64,000 bases of DNA from assembly GCF_042688385.1 (NCBI RefSeq), contig NZ_JBHUPY010000007.1, positions 322,110-386,109 of the forward strand. The letters are read 5' to 3'. Positions 58,077 to 64,000 of this stretch are shown piece by piece. The notes below the pieces were generated by a model. It was not told the origin of the DNA. It did not search any database and worked only from the letters and a program-made list of their open reading frames with translations. Source of the stretch: Herpetosiphon sp. NSE202. GTDB lineage: Bacteria > Chloroflexota > Chloroflexia > Chloroflexales > Herpetosiphonaceae. How positions within the stretch are numbered: position 1 is the first letter of the stretch; the number at the start of each line of letters is the position of its first letter. The position numbers and the translations under genes are program-made.

Positions 58077-59213
58077 ATGTTGGAGGTAGGTGTGGCTGCT
58101 AAAATTGCCTTTATTCGCAAGGGTCGCTGGCCGCTGGCCAATGTGCGAACTGCCGAAACCTTACGTACTCAATTTCCCGAATATGAACTGCGTGAGATCG
58201 ATTTAATTCCTATCATTCGTCGCAAGCCTGCACTGGTTGCATTAAACGGCTGGTGGACGTTACGTCAATACGCTGGCGATTTGGCCTTGCGTCGGCGCGG
58301 CCCCAAAGATGCCTTTTTAATTACCAGTTATATTTTTAAAGCTGTCAAGCATTTGGTTGCCGATTTGCTGCGCGATGATGAGTATGTATTCAGTTTTCAG
58401 ATGCAATCATTATTTGATGCCAGCGTGCCAAATATCCCTCATTTTGTCTATACCGACCATACCTTGTTGGCAAATCGCCAATATCCGGGCTTTAATCCAG
58501 CCTCACTCTATCACCCAGACTGGATGAAATTAGAGCCAACAATTTATCAAAATGCCAAGATAGTCTTTACACGTTCGAATCATGTTTCGCGTTCGTTGAT
58601 CGAGGATTATCATTGCGAGCCGGAGAAAGTGCGCTGTGTTTATGCTGGCAGCAATGCACCAGTCATCAGCGAAGCGCCAGATCCTGCGCGCTATGCTAGC
58701 CAAAATATCGTCTATGTTGGGATAGATTGGGAGCGCAAAGGTGGCCCCGAATTGCTGCAAGCCTTCGCCCAAGTGCGGGCGGTTTATCCCAATGCAACCC
58801 TGACAATCATCGGCGCAACCCCGCAAACCAACCAACCTGGCGTTGAGGTCATTGGGCGAATTCCGGTGGAGCAATTGCCGCAGTATTACCAACGAGCTGC
58901 CGTTTTTTGCATGCCCACCAAACTTGAGCCATTTGGGATCGTGACGATTGAAGCGATGAATTATTGGCTGCCGGTAGTTTCGACCAACCTTGGAGCCATG
59001 CCCGACTTTATTGAGCACGATCGCAATGGCTATTTGGTCGAGCCAGGCACCGTTGATCAACTAGCAACCGCCTTGATCAAGTTGGTCGGCGATCCTGAAC
59101 GCTGTCGGCGTTTTGGCGCGCGCAGTGTCGAAATTGCGGCCCGCTATCGCTGGGAAGCGGTCGGTTCGGCCATGCGCGAGGCGATTATCCAGAACATAGA
59201 GCATAGAGCATAG
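58077..59213 (+). CDS. glycosyltransferase, GT4 family
   Basis: The C-terminal ...CMPTKLEPFGIVTIEAMNYWLPVVSTNLG region matches the GT4 ExFG..E motif context. Confidence 0.7.
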   Translation: MLEVGVAAKIAFIRKGRWPLANVRTAETLRTQFPEYELREIDLIPIIRRKPALVALNGWWTLRQYAGDLALRRRGPKDAFLITSYIFKAVKHLVADLLRDDEYVFSFQMQSLFDASVPNIPHFVYTDHTLLANRQYPGFNPASLYHPDWMKLEPTIYQNAKIVFTRSNHVSRSLIEDYHCEPEKVRCVYAGSNAPVISEAPDPARYASQNIVYVGIDWERKGGPELLQAFAQVRAVYPNATLTIIGATPQTNQPGVEVIGRIPVEQLPQYYQRAAVFCMPTKLEPFGIVTIEAMNYWLPVVSTNLGAMPDFIEHDRNGYLVEPGTVDQLATALIKLVGDPERCRRFGARSVEIAARYRWEAVGSAMREAIIQNIEHRA

Positions 59214-59228
59214 AACATAGAACATAAA

Positions 59229-59699
59229 CCGCGAAGGACACGAAGAGCACGAAGGGCGAGGGGTCAGGAATTTGCTTTTAACGCAGAGGCGCAGAGAGTA
59301 AGGATTGGGAGCTGGGGATCAGGGGTCGGGACGCTTGGCTATCGGCTTTTGGCTGAAGGCTATGGGATTAGGAGCCGGGGGTCAGGGGTCGCTTACAAGG
59401 GTAGGTTGTTAAGATCCCCTCACCCCAACCCCTCTCCCGTGGCGCGGGCGAGGGGCTTTAACGTGCTGGTTCTCCCACAATTCCTTGGCGAAACATGGTC
59501 GGCTCCCCCTCGCCCGCGTTCAGTGGGAGAGGGGGTTGGGGGTGAGGGAACGCTCCACTGCCGACCAATCGCTCAAAACCTACCCTTGTAAGGTCAGGGG
59601 TCGGGGATCGGGACGCTTGGCTTTGGGCGAACGGAAGCATAATCCCCATAATCTGTGGCGAAAAAAACTCATCCTTCGCGATCTTCGCGTCCTTCGCGG
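59229..59699. repeat. roughly 470-bp multi-layer palindromic repeat region containing MITE copy F (59416-59550)
   Basis: Outer inverted repeat ccgcgaaggacacgaagagcacgaagg (59229-59255) versus ccttcgcgatcttcgcgtccttcgcgg (59673-59699). Inner perfect 16-bp inverted repeat cttacaagggtaggtt (59392-59407) versus aacctacccttgtaag (59577-59592). Direct repeats gggacgcttggct and G-rich (ggggtc/ggggatc) tracts. Core element copy F carries its own two arms. Confidence 0.6.
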
Positions 59700-59769
59700 T
59701 TTCAGCCATGCGTGAATCAAAACTCCCTAGCCCCTGAATCCTGCTCCCTGAACCCTCGGAAAATCATCA

Positions 59770-59800
59770 CTTGACAAACTGAAATCTGCCTGCTATGCTT
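59770..59800 (+). promoter_or_regulatory. candidate sigma-70-type promoter of the lysine/leucine-type operon
   Basis: TTGACA-17 nt-TATGCT. Confidence 0.3.
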
Positions 59801-59835
59801 CGGCGCAGAACTTTTGATTTGTGGAGTTTGTTGCT

Positions 59836-59922
59836 ATGTTCAGTCAACAATTGATTCTGAACTTGAAAAAACGCAGCGCAAAGAAGCCAGGCAGCGAGTC
59901 TGGTTTATTGCGTCGCGTCTAA
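59836..59922 (+). CDS. candidate Lys-rich leader peptide (28 aa)
   Basis: GGAG 9 nt upstream. MFSQQLILNLKKRSAKKPGSESGLLRRV*, with four Lys in eight residues. Followed at 59952-59984 by a terminator hairpin. Confidence 0.35.
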   Translation: MFSQQLILNLKKRSAKKPGSESGLLRRV

Positions 59923-59951
59923 ACAACACTCCACGCGCTCAATAAACTCAA

Positions 59952-59984
59952 GGCTCGCCGCCATAAACGGCGAGTCTTTTTTTG
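59952..59984 (+). terminator. intrinsic terminator / putative attenuator between the leader ORF and the LeuA-like gene
   Basis: ggctcgccg-ccataaa-cggcgagtc followed by TTTTTTTG. Confidence 0.5.
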
Positions 59985-60119
59985 TACCAAACGTCGGTTT
60001 TGAAAGGATTTTCCCATGGCCACACTCAAGCAACTTAAACGGATTAGCCATCTTCACCGCCCTGCGGCAGTTCGCCCTGAATTGTTCACCGGATGTTCTT
60101 GCGGAAGGATTGTGCTTTC

Positions 60120-61253
60120 ATGACCCGTCAGTTTGCAATTGTTGATACCACCTTGCGCGAAGGCGAACAATGGGCCAACGCCCACTTCAGCAGCGCAGAT
60201 CGCCTAGCCATCGCCAATTTGCTGGTTCAGTTTGGCGTTGAATACATCGAAATGACCTCGCCCTGCGCCTCGCCGCAAAGTGCGGCAGATTTGCGCAGCA
60301 TCGCAGCCTTGCCACTCGGCAATACCAAGCTGCTGACCCATACCCGTTGTAACCTTGAAGACGTACAGCTTGCTGCTGAATGTGGCGTTGCTGGCGTAAA
60401 TATCCTCTTTGGCACCTCACCCTATCTGCGCCAATGGAGCCATGGTCGCTCAATTGAAGCGATTTTGGCCGAAGTTGGCCCGGTTGTGCGTTTCCTCCAA
60501 GAACGGCAGATCGAAGTCCGTTTCTCCTGCGAAGATTCTTTCCGCACTCCCTTGCCCGATTTGTTGCGCGTCTACCAAGCTGTCGATTTGCTTGGCGTGC
60601 AGCGAGTTGGCATCGCCGACACCGTGGGCATTGCCACGCCGCGCGATGTTGAGCGCGTGGTTGGGGCGGTGCGGAATGCAGTTCGCTGCGACATTGAATT
60701 TCACGGCCACAACGATGGCGGCTGTGCAATTGCCAATGCCTATGCAGCACTCGAAGCAGGCGCAACTCACATCGACACAACGATTCTTGGCATTGGCGAA
60801 CGCAACGGCATCGCCGCCCTCAGCGGCCTGATTGCCCGCCTCTACCTCTCCGAACCTGAAAGTGTTGCAGGCTACGCCTTGCCAATGTTGGCCCAACTTG
60901 ATCACACAGTTGCGGCAATCTTGGGCATTCAAGTGCCGTTCAATGCCTGTATCACCAGCGAAACCGCCTTTGCTCACAAAGCAGGCCTGCATACCAAGGC
61001 AGTTTTGGCCAATCCCAGCACCTACGAAGCGATCGATCCCAATGCTTTTGGGCGTGAACGCAACGTGCTTATTGGCCATCGCCTAACTGGCCGCCATGCT
61101 TTGCAAAGCCGCGCTAACGCTCTCGGTTTGGAGCTGAGCGACAGCACGATCGTCGCACTTGCAGCCCAACTCAAAGCTGCCGCCGATGATCAGCCGTTGA
61201 CGCTCGACGAGGTGGATGCGCTGCTGCGCTCAAGCACCCTCCAAGCAGCCTAA
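60120..61253 (+). CDS. homocitrate synthase / 2-isopropylmalate synthase family enzyme (catalytic domain only, no C-terminal regulatory domain)
   Basis: AIVDTTLREGEQ N-terminus, the HxH metal motif (EFHGHND) and the TIM-barrel DRE-TIM pattern. 378 aa, the size typical of HCS/NifV-like enzymes rather than LeuA. GGAAGGA RBS. Confidence 0.8.
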   Translation: MTRQFAIVDTTLREGEQWANAHFSSADRLAIANLLVQFGVEYIEMTSPCASPQSAADLRSIAALPLGNTKLLTHTRCNLEDVQLAAECGVAGVNILFGTSPYLRQWSHGRSIEAILAEVGPVVRFLQERQIEVRFSCEDSFRTPLPDLLRVYQAVDLLGVQRVGIADTVGIATPRDVERVVGAVRNAVRCDIEFHGHNDGGCAIANAYAALEAGATHIDTTILGIGERNGIAALSGLIARLYLSEPESVAGYALPMLAQLDHTVAAILGIQVPFNACITSETAFAHKAGLHTKAVLANPSTYEAIDPNAFGRERNVLIGHRLTGRHALQSRANALGLELSDSTIVALAAQLKAAADDQPLTLDEVDALLRSSTLQAA

Positions 61254-61349
61254 CGATTTTTCGAGCAGGTAATTGAAATTGCTATTTCAATGCCTTGGCT
61301 TGCTATACCTTGATGTGCCATTTTTCAGCAATTTTTGGGAGTTTTTGCA

Positions 61350-62615
61350 ATGGGTCAGACATTTGCCGAGCAAATTTTGGGGCATGCTTCCGGTCGCAAC
61401 GACGTGCAAGCAGGCGATATGGTAGTAGTCAATGTCGATTTGGTGATGATGCACGATAGCCTCTCGCCAAGCATTATCGAGACCTTGCACAACGAATTGG
61501 GCGCTGAACACGTGTGGGATCGCGACAAAGTTGCGGTGGTCATCGACCACGTTGCGCCAGCCGCCACCGTGCGCCAAGCAGAACAACAACAACATGTGCG
61601 ACGTTGGGTCGCGCAACAAGGCATTTCGCATTTGTTTGATGTTGGGCGTGGCATCTCACACCCTGTTTTGATTGAAGAAGGCCTTGTGCAGCCGGGCATG
61701 CTGGTAGTTGGCAGCGATTCGCATAGCACTGGCTATGGCGCGGCGGCGGCATTTGGCTCCGGCATGGGCACAACCGACATCGCACTGGCGCTGGCGACAG
61801 GCCAAACATGGTTTCGGGTGCCAGAAACGGTGCGGGTTAATGCAGTTGGTAATTTTCAACCAGGCGTAAGCGTCAAAGATTTTGGCTTGTGGGCGGCGCG
61901 CACGCTACGAGCTGATGGCGCAACCTATCAAAGCGTCGAGTGGCACGGGGTTGATTTTCTTTCGTGGCGCGAACGCATGACCTTGGCAACCTTGTCGATC
62001 GAGGTCGGAGCCAAGGCCGGAATTGTTGCACCAACAGGCTTGGGCGCTGAACATCCAGTACCAGCGTGGTTGCGAGTCGAGAATGATGCAAGCTATAGCC
62101 GCGTGGTTGAATGCGATTTGAGCACCCTTGAACCCCAAGTCAGCGTGCCACATTATGTCGATAACGTGGTCAATTTGGCTGAGCTTGGGCGAGTCGCGGT
62201 CGATGTGGTTTATCTTGGCACCTGCACCAACGGCCACTACGAAGATATGGCCGCCGCCGCCAGCATTCTCAAGGGGCGGCGTTTGGCTCCGAATGTGCGC
62301 ATGATTGTGGTGCCAGCTTCGAGCGAAAGCCTGCACCGCGCCGCCAGCGATGGCACGTTGGCAACCTTAATTGCTGCAGGGGCGACGATCGGCACGCCTG
62401 GTTGTGGCGCATGCATTGGGCGGCATATGGGCGTGTTGGCTCCCGATGAGGTGTGTGTTTTTACTGGCAATCGCAATTTCCGCGGACGGATGGGCAGTCC
62501 AGGGGCCAACATCTACTTGGCCTCGCCCGAAGTAGCCGCCGCCACCGCCATCACCGGCTACATCACCCACCCGCGCAATGTGCTGCAAAGCACTGAGCAA
62601 GCAGTTTTCGCCTAA
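61350..62615 (+). CDS. 3-isopropylmalate dehydratase / homoaconitase large subunit (aconitase family)
   Basis: MGQTFAEQILGHASG...VVNVDLVMMHD...GSDSHS...CTNG...PGCGACIG, the Fe-S cluster Cys ligands. GGGAG RBS before ATG 61350. Confidence 0.85.
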   Translation: MGQTFAEQILGHASGRNDVQAGDMVVVNVDLVMMHDSLSPSIIETLHNELGAEHVWDRDKVAVVIDHVAPAATVRQAEQQQHVRRWVAQQGISHLFDVGRGISHPVLIEEGLVQPGMLVVGSDSHSTGYGAAAAFGSGMGTTDIALALATGQTWFRVPETVRVNAVGNFQPGVSVKDFGLWAARTLRADGATYQSVEWHGVDFLSWRERMTLATLSIEVGAKAGIVAPTGLGAEHPVPAWLRVENDASYSRVVECDLSTLEPQVSVPHYVDNVVNLAELGRVAVDVVYLGTCTNGHYEDMAAAASILKGRRLAPNVRMIVVPASSESLHRAASDGTLATLIAAGATIGTPGCGACIGRHMGVLAPDEVCVFTGNRNFRGRMGSPGANIYLASPEVAAATAITGYITHPRNVLQSTEQAVFA

Positions 62616-62643
62616 TTTTTGCAATTGCACAGGAGTCAGCACT

Positions 62644-63141
62644 ATGCCACGGATTTGGGTTTTTGGAAATGATGTCAACACCGACCAGATGGTTCCAGGC
62701 CGCTATGCCCCCTACATGCTGGGCGCAAACGACGATGTGCGGCGCTATGCCTTTATCGAAGCGCGGCCCGATTTCGCTCCCAATGTTCAGCCAGGCGATT
62801 TGATTATTGCTGGGCCAAATTTTGGCTGTGGCTCAAGCCGCGAGTATGCGCCCTTGGCCTTGAAGCGCTGCGGAGTTGGTGCAGTAATCGCTCCACTGTT
62901 TGCCCGCATTTTCTTCCGCAACGCCTTGAATTTGGGCATTCCCTGCTTTACCGCCGATATTCGCGAGCAAGTTGCCGATGGCGATGTTGTCGATTTTGAT
63001 TTGGCTGCTGGCATGATCAGTAACAATGGCAGCCAGATTCAATTGCCACCACCAGAAAGCTGGATGCGTGAAGTTTGGGCTGAAGGCGGAATTGTGCCGT
63101 TCTATCGTCGCCATGGTCGCTTTCCGACGACAGGAGCCTAA
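62644..63141 (+). CDS. 3-isopropylmalate dehydratase / homoaconitase small subunit
   Basis: MPRIWVFGNDVNTDQMVPGRY (LeuD-type N-terminus) and the GxNFGCGSSRE motif. AGGAG RBS. Confidence 0.8.
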   Translation: MPRIWVFGNDVNTDQMVPGRYAPYMLGANDDVRRYAFIEARPDFAPNVQPGDLIIAGPNFGCGSSREYAPLALKRCGVGAVIAPLFARIFFRNALNLGIPCFTADIREQVADGDVVDFDLAAGMISNNGSQIQLPPPESWMREVWAEGGIVPFYRRHGRFPTTGA

Positions 63142-63143
63142 GC

Positions 63144-64000
63144 ATGACCAGCTTGTGTTTGATTGCCGGCGATGGGATTGGCCGCGAAGTGGTGCAGGCA
63201 GCGCGTCAAGTGCTCGAAGCGTTGGCAGTTCCTGCTGAATTTGTTGAGGCCGAAGCAGGCTGGGAAACCTTCCAGCGCACTGGCAACGCCTTGCCCGAAC
63301 AGACTTTAGCCGCTGTCCAAGCGGCCAATGCAACCTTGTTTGGCGCGGTTAGCTCGCCATCGCAACGAGTTGCTGGCTATCGCAGCCCAATCGTTGGCAT
63401 GCGCAAAGCGCTTGATTTGTATGCCTGTGTGCGGCCAGTTCAAACGCCGCCGTTGGCCAATGCGCGGGCTGGAGTTAATTTGGTGGTGGTACGCGAAAAC
63501 ACCGAAGGGTTGTATAGCGGCCAAGAAACCCGCGAGGGCGATGAACGGGCAACAGCGCAACGGATTATCACGTGTGAAGCCAGCGAGCGGATTGTGCAAT
63601 GGGCAGTGCATTATGCTCAGCGCACTGGCCGCCGCAAAATCACCATCGTGCACAAAGCCAATGTGCTACGCGAAACCTGTGGTTTGTTCCGCGAAACCGC
63701 GCTGCGGGTGTTGTCCGATGCGCCCGATTTGCAGGTTGAAGAAATGTTGGTCGATAACGCAGCCTATCAATTGGCGCGTGCTCCCGAACGTTTTGAAGTG
63801 CTGGTTACCACTAATTTGTTTGGCGATATTCTCTCGGATGTAGCCAGCGTGTGGGGTGGCGGGCTGGGCTTAGCAGCATCGGCCAATTATGGCACCCGCA
63901 CGGCGGTGTTCGAGCCAGTGCACGGCAGCGCCCCAGATATTGCCGGCCAAGGCAGCGCTAATCCATTGGCAACGTTGAGCGCTAGCGTGCTGATGCTGGA
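63144..64000 (+). CDS. isopropylmalate / homoisocitrate dehydrogenase family enzyme (5' part; continues beyond the window end)
   Basis: AGGAG RBS. MTSLCLIAGDGIGREV...LFGAVSSP...NLFGDILSD, the beta-decarboxylating dehydrogenase signature. No stop in the window. Confidence 0.8.
   Translation, partial: MTSLCLIAGDGIGREVVQAARQVLEALAVPAEFVEAEAGWETFQRTGNALPEQTLAAVQAANATLFGAVSSPSQRVAGYRSPIVGMRKALDLYACVRPVQTPPLANARAGVNLVVVRENTEGLYSGQETREGDERATAQRIITCEASERIVQWAVHYAQRTGRRKITIVHKANVLRETCGLFRETALRVLSDAPDLQVEEMLVDNAAYQLARAPERFEVLVTTNLFGDILSDVASVWGGGLGLAASANYGTRTAVFEPVHGSAPDIAGQGSANPLATLSASVLML

Noticed and set aside
31686-59550. Regularly recurring G-rich palindromic repeats were considered as a possible CRISPR array.
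   Set aside because: Copies are 10-20 kb apart, not separated by uniform short spacers. Each unit is a two-armed palindrome rather than a 25-40 bp direct repeat. No cas genes are present. They are interpreted as dispersed MITE/REP-like elements.

Overview
This 64-kb window (about 50% GC) looks bacterial. The gene content and repeat style suggest a filamentous Chloroflexota (Herpetosiphon-like) chromosome, but that is an inference only. About 45 protein-coding genes are supportable; no rRNA, tRNA or CRISPR array is visible. Core genes: an hrcA-grpE-dnaK-dnaJ heat-shock operon on the minus strand with a perfect CIRCE operator; a secreted M4 (thermolysin-like) metalloprotease; two hybrid sensor kinases; a PAS/GAF/HD-GYP c-di-GMP phosphodiesterase; a DinG-like exonuclease-helicase; a class A PBP; an HtrA protease; and, at the right end, a LeuA/LeuC/LeuD/LeuB-like cluster that looks like an alpha-aminoadipate lysine (or leucine-type) operon preceded by a Lys-rich leader peptide and terminator. 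Accessory content: (1) a 17-kb tandem array of seven paralogous genes (14817-31613, all minus strand) encoding large exported proteins with PD40/YVTN-type beta-propeller motifs. They alternate lipoprotein and signal-anchor N-termini and share a C-terminal YVYP(Q/R)P-type end. One member is an internally deleted, frameshifted derivative whose out-of-frame canonical C-terminus is still visible. (2) Six copies of a nested-palindromic, G-rich MITE/REP-like element at intergenic sites, one inside a roughly 500-bp multi-layer palindrome; these are often flanked by (GGGGATC)n-like G-quadruplex motifs. (3) A low-GC orphan gene with a PD-(D/E)xK-like motif next to a degenerate duplicate of the neighbouring kinase gene's 3' end. 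(4) A DUF2089-like / small / DUF4097-like triad whose three proteins share a repeated GxLSAEEAxxLL peptide module. (5) A STAND NTPase-TPR gene with no effector or HTH domain, next to a SUKH (SMI1/KNR4)-like gene split by a single in-frame TAA and coupled to a PhzF-family gene. (6) A tandem pair of secreted CAP-domain paralogs between two GT4 glycosyltransferases. Functional calls rest on motifs read directly from the translations. No database search was possible, so family assignments are recognition-based.
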